From IMG/VR virus record IMGVR_UViG_3300010965_000427, positions 32,001 through 96,000 of that record: DNA of 64,000 nt. One strand, given 5' to 3'. The position numbers were made by a program, and so were the translations under genes. The DNA is from a virus. Shown in pieces: positions 9,282 to 18,762 of the stretch (positions within the stretch are counted from its first letter, which is position 1; each line of letters opens with the position of its first letter). Below the pieces are notes generated by a model. The model did no database searches, had not been told where the DNA came from, and worked only from the letters and a program-made list of their open reading frames with translations.

Positions 9282-10418
9282 ATGAAAAATTACCTCTCTC
9301 TGCTAAATAGCATAGTGTACGACGGAGATACACACGAAGACAGGACAGGCGTAGGACGAAGAAGCCTATTTTCTGCCGAGCTACGATATAATCTTGCGGA
9401 TGGATTTCCACTAGTAACAACTAGAAAAATTCCTATACGTCCTTTTATAGGCGAAATACTTTGGCATTTAACCGGCAGTAAAGACATACGCTTTCTTAAT
9501 GAAAATAAAATAAAAATTTGGGATGAATGGGCAGTTAATAAAAATCATATAAAAGACTTTATTGAAAATGTAATATTAAAAAAATTAATTACAAAAGAAG
9601 AACCAGAATCCGAGTCATTATCACAAATGATGAATATTCAGGCAATGCCGTTTTATGAGCATTTTGGAAATTCAATAGGACCTATATACGGTCCTAATTG
9701 GAGAGCTGCTCCTGGATCTGAATATAATCCCTTTAGAAAAGTCACTCCGCACGAAGACATCGAGAAAAAACGTTTACTAAATTTAAGAGCTGAATACATA
9801 AATTATTTAAAATTTATTAAAAATGATAAAAACAATGCTAGTCCATTAACAGAAGAGGAATTTATCGAACAAAACGTGCAATCAAATATAGACCAAGTGC
9901 AAAATTTATTAAATGGTTTAAAAAAACGTCCATGGTCTTCCAGGCACGTAATTTCATCATGGGTGCCAGAATGCATTCCGGATGAAGAATTGCCTCCTCA
10001 GTATAACGTTATTTTAGGAAAAGGGGCACTGGCTCCTTGTCCAATGACCCAACAATACTTTGTAACTCCTCCAAAAACTCCAAAAGATCTTCCCAGACTT
10101 TCCTTAAAAGTAACTAGCAGGTCGTGCGATTTTGTTCTTGGGGGACCTACCAATATAGCGGAATATTCGTTGTTAGTAAGTATGATTGCTCAAATAGTGA
10201 ATATGGAGCCTTATGAATTTATTTTTTCAATGGGCGATGTGCATATATACACTAATCAAATAGAAACGGCAAAGAAACAGTTAGATAGAGACCCAAAACC
10301 TTTGCCAAAATTAGTATTAAATAAAAATATTATAGACCTCTTTGATTTTACATTTGGCGATATTTCTATTGACGATTATAAATATCATCCGGTATTAAAG
10401 TATCCTATTTCTGTATAA
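9282..10418 (+). CDS. thyA: Thymidylate synthase with insertions
   Basis: DRTGVG, GFPLVTTRK, IWDEWA, GPIYG, ALAPC, RSCD..LG.P.NIAEY, GDVHIY.N motifs. Confidence 0.92.
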   Translation: MKNYLSLLNSIVYDGDTHEDRTGVGRRSLFSAELRYNLADGFPLVTTRKIPIRPFIGEILWHLTGSKDIRFLNENKIKIWDEWAVNKNHIKDFIENVILKKLITKEEPESESLSQMMNIQAMPFYEHFGNSIGPIYGPNWRAAPGSEYNPFRKVTPHEDIEKKRLLNLRAEYINYLKFIKNDKNNASPLTEEEFIEQNVQSNIDQVQNLLNGLKKRPWSSRHVISSWVPECIPDEELPPQYNVILGKGALAPCPMTQQYFVTPPKTPKDLPRLSLKVTSRSCDFVLGGPTNIAEYSLLVSMIAQIVNMEPYEFIFSMGDVHIYTNQIETAKKQLDRDPKPLPKLVLNKNIIDLFDFTFGDISIDDYKYHPVLKYPISV

Positions 10419-10427
10419 AAATAAAAA

Positions 10428-10754
10428 ATGACTAAAAATTATAAAATTATTATAACAAGAGTCGGAACATCATTACCTTATGAATATATTGGAAGACCAA
10501 GCCCTTTAGGTAATCCTTTACCGCTTTCCGAAACCGTTAGCCGTGATTTTTCTTGCGACCAATATGAAGTTTGGTTTGCAAAACAAATTGAAGATAATAA
10601 CGAAATAGTAATAAACGAATTAAAACGATTGCACAAAATAGGAATGAAACAAGGAATTCTTCGCCTTGGCTGTTATTGCTCTCCGAAAAGATGTCACGGA
10701 GATACTATTAAAAAGTATTTAGATGATAATAAAAGTGTATTTGAAATGTTTTAA
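10428..10754 (+). CDS. DUF4326-family protein
   Basis: YIGRPSPLGNP and LGCYCSPKRCHGD signatures. Confidence 0.85.
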   Translation: MTKNYKIIITRVGTSLPYEYIGRPSPLGNPLPLSETVSRDFSCDQYEVWFAKQIEDNNEIVINELKRLHKIGMKQGILRLGCYCSPKRCHGDTIKKYLDDNKSVFEMF

Positions 10755-10779
10755 ATGGCCTTTAACAGAGAAAAACATT

Positions 10780-11355
10780 ATGAAAATTCCTACGTTGTTG
10801 CTTCCGTTAGAACCAAAAGTAATTACTCCATTAAAGTCTATAGCAAAAACAGAAGCAAATGTTGATGGATGTTATATAGTTCCGGTAGGAGGTCTAAATG
10901 TAAAAGGAGCTTCAAATAAATGGTATAAATTAAAAAAATCGTTTCATTTGTTTGATAAAAATGAACAATTTATGAGAAATGTATTTATTGGAAAAGTCTT
11001 TTCAGAAATGGATGGGCCAAGCCTAGATAAAAAAGAAGATTTTAGTAAACAAGCCGAAAGACTTGTTCTAATGGAACCAAATAATGTATGCGGGATGATA
11101 AAGGATGTGTCTTTAGTAGATATTCAAGGAAGCGTAATAGAAAACGAAGATTATGAATGCCCTGTAAGCATAATGGCATCTATTAAGCCGATTGGGCCTC
11201 ATGCAAAAATATTAGAAAATGCCATTCAACACGAGACATCAATTAATTACGGATTTGCTTTAAGAGGAATTATGCTTGTAGATTCCATTTCAAATGGAGA
11301 CAATTTAAGTATTGATATTTGTTCTGTTATAACATTTGATTTAGTGCGATGTTAA
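10780..11355 (+). CDS. Peptidase S80 (phiKZ gp175-like prohead protease) homolog, apparently lacking catalytic residues
   Basis: YIVPVGGLN, FMR...G.V.SE..., IKPIGP and GFALRG blocks follow the S80 pattern. Likely start is ATG 10780. Confidence 0.6.
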   Translation: MKIPTLLLPLEPKVITPLKSIAKTEANVDGCYIVPVGGLNVKGASNKWYKLKKSFHLFDKNEQFMRNVFIGKVFSEMDGPSLDKKEDFSKQAERLVLMEPNNVCGMIKDVSLVDIQGSVIENEDYECPVSIMASIKPIGPHAKILENAIQHETSINYGFALRGIMLVDSISNGDNLSIDICSVITFDLVRC

Positions 11356-11361
11356 TGGGCC

Positions 11362-11721
11362 ATGATTAATTTAAGGCAGACAATTATTGTTCAATGGGCT
11401 ATATCGAAACTTTCCAAATTAGGTATTTTTAATAGTTATAAAGATGTAAATAATTTTGATGATTATAAAACTAGAAAAACCAATAAACCAGTTTCTTTAT
11501 GCCCTGTTTTATTTTTTAAGACTAATCAAGACTCTGGTTTTTTTGAAGTTGAGCGAGTTTCCCATACAAAACGTAACCGTGTGGTATATTATGTAAGGCA
11601 TGTTAAAAGTAAACGACTGTTTACTATTCAAAAAGAATGGTTTGAATTAATATTCACAGAAGCAAAAATTGAAAAAACTCCTATTGAATTTATGAACCAA
11701 TTAAACGCTTTTAAAAAATAA
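11362..11721 (+). CDS. Hypothetical protein
   Basis: 119-aa ORF in operon. Confidence 0.65.
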   Translation: MINLRQTIIVQWAISKLSKLGIFNSYKDVNNFDDYKTRKTNKPVSLCPVLFFKTNQDSGFFEVERVSHTKRNRVVYYVRHVKSKRLFTIQKEWFELIFTEAKIEKTPIEFMNQLNAFKK

Positions 11722-12239
11722 TGAAGTCTCATGAATTTACTGATTTGACATTAATAGAAATGCCGAAGGACTGTCCAGACCCAAAGTTTCCAATTTACGT
11801 CACTACTGATAAATGGGTGCTTTGTTTTGGAGGAAGTTTAGCTACTAAAATTAATAATAAACTTTCTATAGTTTTACATAAATGTGTACATGAAAATAAT
11901 TCTTGGTTTAATGTAGCATTAACTCATGAATTAGGGCATCTTTTATCAAACCATAATTTGGTAGAAACTAATCCTAAAATATTTAATTTTAAAGAGGAAT
12001 TTCAGGCCGATTTATGTTCATTCTTATTTGTAGTTTTAATATCCAAATCTAAAATCTCGGCTAAGATTTTAATAATTAAATATCTTTCAATTGGGCATTA
12101 TATTTCATTTTTAAATATTTATAATGTTTTAAGAAAAAAAAATAACGTATTAATTTGCAGTCTTATAATGATGAAACTATTGACGTTATATATTGTATCA
12201 ATTGTAGCAAGAGCAATAAATATTATTAAAGCTAAATGA
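11721..12239 (+). CDS. Putative zinc metallopeptidase (HExxH; ImmA/IrrE- or M48-like)
   Basis: ALTHELGHLL and a downstream EEFQAD motif; hydrophobic C-terminus. Confidence 0.6.
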   Translation: MKSHEFTDLTLIEMPKDCPDPKFPIYVTTDKWVLCFGGSLATKINNKLSIVLHKCVHENNSWFNVALTHELGHLLSNHNLVETNPKIFNFKEEFQADLCSFLFVVLISKSKISAKILIIKYLSIGHYISFLNIYNVLRKKNNVLICSLIMMKLLTLYIVSIVARAINIIKAK

Positions 12240-12248
12240 TTAATTGTC

Positions 12249-12282
12249 TTTACTCAGCTTAGCCTGCGCTAAGCTGAGTAAA
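12249..12282. terminator. Bidirectional terminator between convergent genes
   Basis: Perfect 15-bp stem TTTACTCAGCTTAGC/GCTAAGCTGAGTAAA. Confidence 0.7.
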
Positions 12283-12319
12283 AACATCTGATTTTTTTTA
12301 AAACTATAATTACATCTCT

Positions 12320-13849
12320 TTAAATGAATGAAAATAACTCTGAACTTGTTCCTGCTAATTTAGTAGGTAATTTTGAAAACCCGCTATCCTCTTGGTCAAC
12401 GTCGTCTGGTATTGGCATTTTTCCAGGAAATTTTAATAGAAAATATTTATCAACATTAGGAAGTATTGTTGGTAGTCTGTGTTTTCCTCTTTGCACAGAC
12501 AAATATGTTTCGTCTTTTACTTTAACTAAATGAATGTGCATCTCTAAATCTATTTCTTGGCACAGTTGTTTAGAACCAGCCCAGTATCCTTTCTCAGCTA
12601 CTTCTTTAACAAATTGATCTTGCGGCATTCCGTTTCTTACTAAAGTTTTAGTGTCAGTTGATAATTGATGCGGTGTAATTAGTGTGATCTTTTTAGGCCC
12701 GCAAAATACACGCAGTCTTCTGAACATCTCTCTTAGATCTGTTCCTATTGGACCGCTAGAAGCACACCCAGTCGTGGGAACCATTCCAAGGTAATCCAAC
12801 ATAAGCAACTGAACTTCGTAACCATTAGCTTCCAACTCAATTATTTTATTACAAATATTTTTATAAGACCAAGCAAAAGGATCTACCCTCATCATCTTAA
12901 TATGAAAACCGTTAACTTGCAGTCTTCTTTTAATATATTCGCTCATTGTTTGAACGCTAATTCCTGTCAAATCAATTTCTTCTTTAGTTTCCTCAAAATA
13001 AAGTAGTTGATATAGAAACTGTAGATTTTCAGCCAAATCGTCTTCAAAAGAAATACGAAGTAAAAGAGGTTTTTTTGTTATATCAAATAAATACGGATTG
13101 TTATGTAGTGCGATTTGTTTAAAAATAGACAAAGTAAAGCCTGTTTTATAATTATGCTGCTGAGCGCCAATTGTGCAAAACTCTCCTCTTCTAAAACCTC
13201 CTTGAAGCATTCTGTTTAATCTTTGCCACCCAGTGGACAAAATGCCGTGGCCATTTGCATTATCTCTAATAGTTTTAAAAACAGCTTGCGTTTGGCCTTC
13301 GTCGCCGATATCTACGTCTGATATAACACCGGTATCTTTTGTTGTGGCTGTATTTTGCAAAGGTTCTAATTGACCAATAACTTCGCTTATAAATAATCCA
13401 ATATCTTTTATCGAATCTCTATTTACCCTAAATCTATAGGAAGCTTTATTTAATATTTCACTTATTTTTTCTTCTTTAAAATGAGTGGTAATTGATCGTC
13501 TTAAATTAATAATTGTTCTTTTTAGTTGAGCTTCCGTAAGAATTGGCTCGACGCCTTGGCGTATTGCTTCTAGTAATTTATTATCTTCATCTACATTTAC
13601 TTGAATTTGTTGTAAAAAGCCGCTAATATCATATTCATAGTCAATTGGATTATTACACATATCCATGACAGTTTGTTTTAATGCTAACAGTCTTTCTCTG
13701 TCTGTATGTAAACCTATTCCTATATCAGATATTTTAACAGAATCCATTGCAGTGCGAACTAAGTCCACACTATTTTCGGTATGCTGGTCTAGTTGGCTTT
13801 CCCGATACAGCAGAGAGATACTTTTCACTAGTAAAAGATTTGGCTTCAT
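12320..13849 (-). CDS. DnaB-like replicative helicase (phiKZ gp118-like)
   Basis: TGWQRLNRMLQGGFRRGE, variant Walker A GAQQHNYKT, LLMLDYL, TPHQLS, QRGKHR; divergent from the capsid block as in phiKZ. Confidence 0.88.
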   Translation of the reverse strand: MKPNLLLVKSISLLYRESQLDQHTENSVDLVRTAMDSVKISDIGIGLHTDRERLLALKQTVMDMCNNPIDYEYDISGFLQQIQVNVDEDNKLLEAIRQGVEPILTEAQLKRTIINLRRSITTHFKEEKISEILNKASYRFRVNRDSIKDIGLFISEVIGQLEPLQNTATTKDTGVISDVDIGDEGQTQAVFKTIRDNANGHGILSTGWQRLNRMLQGGFRRGEFCTIGAQQHNYKTGFTLSIFKQIALHNNPYLFDITKKPLLLRISFEDDLAENLQFLYQLLYFEETKEEIDLTGISVQTMSEYIKRRLQVNGFHIKMMRVDPFAWSYKNICNKIIELEANGYEVQLLMLDYLGMVPTTGCASSGPIGTDLREMFRRLRVFCGPKKITLITPHQLSTDTKTLVRNGMPQDQFVKEVAEKGYWAGSKQLCQEIDLEMHIHLVKVKDETYLSVQRGKHRLPTILPNVDKYFLLKFPGKMPIPDDVDQEDSGFSKLPTKLAGTSSELFSFI

Positions 13850-13996
13850 TTTTTTCTTTTCTTAAATTAATTAGGTCATTGTTTTCCATAGTATCGTAGT
13901 CTACTTTTTTTCTTAAATAGCTGCAATTAAAAAGCAAATGGTATGGCAATTCTAACACGTAATAGCTAATCCGACTAAAACTGGAAATTAACTGCA

Positions 13997-14662
13997 ATGT
14001 TAAGAATTGAAGATAGCAGCCCTCTATACGTATTAGATAATGTAAATGCTCCAATTACATCAAATCAAACATATTTAAAAAAGGATGTAATCATTGTACC
14101 AGAATGGATTTTCAGATGTCTTATTAGAAATAAACTAAATTATATGGACTTATTCGATTATAGTCGTTTATCGGCTGTTTTAGCTACTTCTGATATTTTA
14201 GAATTAGTGGCTACAAATATACTGCTAACCAAACTCTTATTTTCCACTTTGCCTTTTGCTAATAATAAAAACAATATTGACTTAATTGAGCCTCCGATGA
14301 GTTTGGCACTAGTTGAGGAATGGCAACAAAGTTTTTCTTTTCAAAAATCTGGGCTAGGTTCTATTATATACAATTACGATTATTTAAAATCTTATGAAAA
14401 CTCAATTAAAACAAAATTAACTTCTGAAAAAATAGAAAATTTTTCTTTAGAAACAGATTTAAAATCGTGTTATTCAATACACACTGGTCCTGACAAAACA
14501 GTTTTTATGCTAGTAAAACCAGGAATTATTGAAAGACATCAAAATATAGATTTTTTAAAAATACTATGCGAATCGCTATTAACTGAATTTTATCGTTTAT
14601 ATCCAATGCATGTGTGCTCAACTGTTAATAATATTTTTTCTAAGTACGTTAGTCTGCTTTAA
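13997..14662 (+). CDS. Conserved jumbo-phage protein upstream of the capsid gene
   Basis: 221-aa ORF located between helicase and major capsid protein. Confidence 0.6.
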   Translation: MLRIEDSSPLYVLDNVNAPITSNQTYLKKDVIIVPEWIFRCLIRNKLNYMDLFDYSRLSAVLATSDILELVATNILLTKLLFSTLPFANNKNNIDLIEPPMSLALVEEWQQSFSFQKSGLGSIIYNYDYLKSYENSIKTKLTSEKIENFSLETDLKSCYSIHTGPDKTVFMLVKPGIIERHQNIDFLKILCESLLTEFYRLYPMHVCSTVNNIFSKYVSLL

Positions 14663-14701
14663 AAAAAGCATCTTTTCTACGTTTGACACCAGGGCCTAAA
14701 A

Positions 14702-16918
14702 ATGAACACAATATTCACAAAAAATTCCCGTCGCAGCCTGGCCCCTTCGCCGACCGACAAGAACGTGGAGCTCTATAGCTCCGTGGTAAACGGAAACAAT
14801 TCCTTCGGGAGTTCAAAGTTGACGCGTGTAGCGTTAGCAATGGAAGGCATGAATGACAGCGATTACGGCCTGCTAACCAGTTCGGCTTCCGAGCTTTCTA
14901 TCGCGATTGAGTCGTGTATTGAACAACTCGGTTTAACAAAGTGCACCATTCAGCCCCAAATCGACGCCGCCGTAGTAGCCGGCATGATCGCAGGTGATCC
15001 GCAAGCATTTTTCAGATTCGAGCCTAAGCCGCTTGGCGTGGCGACAGAATCCATGGCCATCATGGCCCAAACGGCATTTGATGCCGTTGAACGGCGAATG
15101 ATTTCGACGGAAGCGTACGACGAACGGGACAACAAAAACACAGTTGTCTATTCGATTGAATACAATATGCAATCCGCCCGCCAAGACGAATTTGGCGAAG
15201 CCTGGTTCCCGACGATTGTCATTACGCCGGACCAAGTCGGGTTCGACGTAACTGTCCGAATTCTGTCCGTGATGAACGATTTCAAGCGAAGCATCACCGG
15301 CGAAATTGATAACTTTGACCGTAAAAATCTCATTCGAGCGATTGCCGACCCCACCATTCTGAAGAACGACGGCACACGAGTAATACCAGTTGCTCGCGCT
15401 CAGGCCGCCTCGAAGTTCGTCAGGCCGACCATTATTCCAGTTCGAACAATTTTACACGAAGGCGAATCGATTGTCACAGCTCCTTTGGCATTCGGCCAAA
15501 CATTCAGCCTGCTTGGCATTTCCCAGACCGACACGCTTCTGGCAAATGGCGCAATGGACCTCACCGACACACTCGATACCGGGTCGGTGCTGGAAAACAT
15601 CTATGTTCGAGTTGGCGGGGTCGTTGGCGGCCCCACCCCGCGAATTGGTGATGTTTTAAAATTCAATGTGACCAATCTTCCGTTAAGCAATTTTACAAAT
15701 GCAATTCAAGGCAGCTATCGTTTGATGCTGCTGAATTTCCAAACAAGCAGTATGCTGATAAATAAGAATACAAAAAATAACGACGGCAGCGCATTGATCG
15801 ACCTTATTTCCGTTGTCACCAACGACCTGATTGTCCGGCTGGCTATCAATGTCACCGGGTCTATCAACATCGAGACTGCGGAAACGGTTCTGTATGGCAA
15901 TCCAATTAGCGTGGCGTCCGTCCAAAATGCTGCTGGAGAGCTTCTGGACTTAACCCAAGAACCGGCAGCATCACTGGTTTCTTTATTCGCGAACGGCGAG
16001 CCCATCGGTTATGACCTGAAGGCTTATCGCACCAACATGAACCGTCGTCAGCGCGGCCAGCTGATCAATACGACGCAATACACTCAGCGCTACCCGGTGA
16101 CTCTGCGCAGCCCGATTACGGCAATTCATCCTGTCAACACAGACGGCCAAACCGATACATCGGATCTGGCAAGCCTGATAACCGCCACTCGGATTCGGAC
16201 GTCAAATGCAAGCGTTGGTGCGTTGATCGCTCAAGCGACCGCCCTGGGCGAATATGTTGACGCACGAGATTCGGCCGGCGTCGGCCCGGATGTCATAGGC
16301 GTCGGCCGGTTCTATGTGAAGCCTACGTTCTTCTATGAATCCGTAGACGTTCTGGCTCAAATCAATTCGGTAAAGACTTCTGAAAGAATTGCAGACATCC
16401 AGGCTGTTTTGGTAAACAAGCTTCGAGACTATGCCTACAAGATGTATCGCGATTCCGAGTACAAGGCAGCGGCAGACGCCTTGGCCGGCGGCCTTGCTCC
16501 TACGCCGGTTGTGCTGATCGGAACCGACCCAATCATTGCTCGTTATTTGTGCGTCTCCGGCGATCTGCGAACTCTCGGGGCCTCTGAGTTTGACGTGCGA
16601 ATCGTCCATACTCTGGATAACCGTGTAAAGGGAAAGATATTTATTTCATTTAGTGTCTTCGATGAGACACGAAATACCACCATTAATCCTTTGAATTTTG
16701 GCAATATGGCGTGGTCTCCTGAAATCACGGTTGTTCTGCCTATTTCCCGCGATGGCCAAATTTCTCGAGAACTGGCTGTCCAGCCACGTTTCTCCCACGT
16801 AGTCAATCTCCCGGTGATGACAGTCCTTTCCGTCGTCGGTATTTCCGATACGCTGGACAAGATCCCGCTCACAATCGCCACGTCAATCGTTGCTCCGATA
16901 CATACTGTTACACCATAG
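14702..16918 (+). CDS. Major capsid protein (phiKZ gp120-like)
   Basis: 738 aa; ARQDEFGEAWFPTIVITPDQ, RTNMNRRQRG and VQPRFSH blocks; S/A-x-E propeptide cleavage motifs (ISTE/AYDE); strong terminator downstream. Confidence 0.9.
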   Translation: MNTIFTKNSRRSLAPSPTDKNVELYSSVVNGNNSFGSSKLTRVALAMEGMNDSDYGLLTSSASELSIAIESCIEQLGLTKCTIQPQIDAAVVAGMIAGDPQAFFRFEPKPLGVATESMAIMAQTAFDAVERRMISTEAYDERDNKNTVVYSIEYNMQSARQDEFGEAWFPTIVITPDQVGFDVTVRILSVMNDFKRSITGEIDNFDRKNLIRAIADPTILKNDGTRVIPVARAQAASKFVRPTIIPVRTILHEGESIVTAPLAFGQTFSLLGISQTDTLLANGAMDLTDTLDTGSVLENIYVRVGGVVGGPTPRIGDVLKFNVTNLPLSNFTNAIQGSYRLMLLNFQTSSMLINKNTKNNDGSALIDLISVVTNDLIVRLAINVTGSINIETAETVLYGNPISVASVQNAAGELLDLTQEPAASLVSLFANGEPIGYDLKAYRTNMNRRQRGQLINTTQYTQRYPVTLRSPITAIHPVNTDGQTDTSDLASLITATRIRTSNASVGALIAQATALGEYVDARDSAGVGPDVIGVGRFYVKPTFFYESVDVLAQINSVKTSERIADIQAVLVNKLRDYAYKMYRDSEYKAAADALAGGLAPTPVVLIGTDPIIARYLCVSGDLRTLGASEFDVRIVHTLDNRVKGKIFISFSVFDETRNTTINPLNFGNMAWSPEITVVLPISRDGQISRELAVQPRFSHVVNLPVMTVLSVVGISDTLDKIPLTIATSIVAPIHTVTP

Positions 16919-16950
16919 ACCTCTCACTACTGAATCTGTAGGTTAGGTCT

Positions 16951-17008
16951 CCTCCCGCCAGACCAGTTTAGGCTGGTCTGGCGGGAGGCGTATTTTTTTT
17001 TGTTTTTT
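16951..17008 (+). terminator. Strong terminator after the capsid gene
   Basis: 16-bp GC-rich stem 16951-16966/16973-16988 followed by a long T-tract. Confidence 0.85.
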
Positions 17009-17048
17009 TACAATAAAATTAAATAAAGCCTATATAAAAAAATAGTCG

Positions 17049-17089
17049 CATATACTTCATATGCTGTTTGGTTTAGTTTGTAAACCAAA
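17049..17089 (+). promoter_or_regulatory. Promoter-like 15-mer followed by a short hairpin
   Basis: CATATACTTCATATG, then TTTGGTTTA/TAAACCAAA. Confidence 0.55.
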
Positions 17090-17118
17090 TTACAAATAAC
17101 AAATAAAGGTAAAAACCA

Positions 17119-17682
17119 ATGACTTTTAATGCTATTAACGAAGACTCTTCCAGTTGGGAAATTATTGCTGAAATTTCCACTGGAACAGCTTTATCTTTTT
17201 TAAAAAACGAAACCCAACTAGAAGCTCCATTTGGAGTTTCTAAAGAAAAATTGAATGAGTCTATATTAGAAGAAAAATGGAAAAATAATCACAGAATTTA
17301 TATGAGATGCGACGCTATTGCAAATACATCCTTTCAAATAAGTATGTTAAAAACCCAATTAGCAATATATCTATGCAAAAAAAGTAAAGATAAATTAATA
17401 GTAGAAAGGCCGTTTATTTTAATTGAAGGTTTGGTTTATTTTGGAGAAGCCAGACTTAGAGGATCAGATGGTTTTGAGTTATTGCTGGCATTTCCGGAAG
17501 GTTATTTTTCATGCAAAGAACCTCCAGGGCAAAGAAAATATAGTATGCTCGGCTATGCTTCTGGAGTAATGGGCCAAGGATTAAAATTTAACCCATTGCT
17601 TAAATTGTGTGAAGAATGGGAATTCCTTGCCGACGATCAACCGATTGCATCAATGCCAGATAGACCGGTAATCTTGCTATAA
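17119..17682 (+). CDS. Hypothetical protein; C-terminal half paralogous to 19656..19931
   Basis: Shared P.GYF...G.M.QG...NP.L.L.E.W.F...IL motif. Confidence 0.7.
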   Translation: MTFNAINEDSSSWEIIAEISTGTALSFLKNETQLEAPFGVSKEKLNESILEEKWKNNHRIYMRCDAIANTSFQISMLKTQLAIYLCKKSKDKLIVERPFILIEGLVYFGEARLRGSDGFELLLAFPEGYFSCKEPPGQRKYSMLGYASGVMGQGLKFNPLLKLCEEWEFLADDQPIASMPDRPVILL

Positions 17683-17764
17683 ATTCATGTGGTTGCGTGG
17701 TTATAAAGCTAAGTTGTTATTTGTAACCACGTAATCGCATGAATCAAAAAGAGATCTGCAAAAA

Positions 17765-18268
17765 ATGATAGAAACAGAACATCAATTTCGCGTCATTACC
17801 GAAACTCCAGAACCTTATAAAACATTACAAAAATTATCGGAAAACCCAAACTTTACTTATCATTTAACAGACATGCTTTTCTTTGTTGGTTTTTGCGTGG
17901 TGCCTCCTATTTATATATTCTTTTGTGAAAATACGGCTGAACAATTATTATTTCTAAATTCATTAGGTTTTAATATTTATAATAATGATTTAGAATTTAA
18001 TGATAAAATGCCAATGCAAGATAGTTTAACAAAATACATTTATGTTCACAACGAATCAAAAATAGCAATAGAAGTAGTAACAAATATAGATATAAAAAAG
18101 AAAGCACAATTATCGTTATTAAATAAAATTCGTTTAGAAGAAAGAACTAGAGCAGTAAAAATTAAAACAATGTTTTTAACTTATAATCAATTGCAAAAAC
18201 AAAAAGAATGGAATAAAACGATTCAAGAAGAGCGGAACAAAGCAATGGCTGAAAAAAGAAAAAAATGA
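17765..18268 (+). CDS. Hypothetical protein, paralog family with 18265 and 20027
   Basis: YHLTD...IFF...E...FL..LGF...IYVH.ES...IDIKKKA pattern. Confidence 0.65.
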   Translation: MIETEHQFRVITETPEPYKTLQKLSENPNFTYHLTDMLFFVGFCVVPPIYIFFCENTAEQLLFLNSLGFNIYNNDLEFNDKMPMQDSLTKYIYVHNESKIAIEVVTNIDIKKKAQLSLLNKIRLEERTRAVKIKTMFLTYNQLQKQKEWNKTIQEERNKAMAEKRKK

Positions 18269-18762
18269 TTAACCTAGAAAGTTTTACACCAACTTTAAAT
18301 TTAGAACCGCTAAATACACTAATAAAACTTATTTCTAATAACGATTATGTTTATTTCTTAACAGATTCTAGATATATCGAATCTAAATTTTGTAGAAAAA
18401 TTCAAAACTCTATTTCCCACGAATGGATATTTTTTGCAGATTATTCTTTAGAACATGTAGAATTTTTAAAGAATATTGGTTTTTATTTATACGAGGATGG
18501 AACATTTATACACACAGATTCAGATATTTTAACACATTCCATTTATGGCCATGATGATTCAAACGTTTACATCCAACTTGTAATTGATATTGAATTAAAA
18601 AAAGCGGCGTTAGATTTAATTGTAGAAAATATTATTGCAGAGCAATCCAATATTTCACACCCTTTGCAGAACGCATTTATAAACTCCGATGATGTATTAA
18701 TGAGAGAAGCTTGGAATTGTGCAATAAGAACTTGTAGAAAAATTAATAATGAGAATGCATAA
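18265..18762 (+). CDS. Hypothetical protein, possibly a degenerate nucleotidyltransferase fold
   Basis: YFLTDSRY...HEWIFF resembles LTGSR...DxD. Confidence 0.6.
   Translation: MINLESFTPTLNLEPLNTLIKLISNNDYVYFLTDSRYIESKFCRKIQNSISHEWIFFADYSLEHVEFLKNIGFYLYEDGTFIHTDSDILTHSIYGHDDSNVYIQLVIDIELKKAALDLIVENIIAEQSNISHPLQNAFINSDDVLMREAWNCAIRTCRKINNENA

Noticed and set aside
9520-9890. Intein or intron in thyA
   Set aside because: The insertions are short and in frame, lacking Cys/Ser...His-Asn splice motifs or a homing endonuclease.
14933-16881. Multiple antisense and alternate-frame ORFs within the capsid gene
   Set aside because: Expected shadows of GC-rich biased codon usage; no RBS or recognisable motifs.
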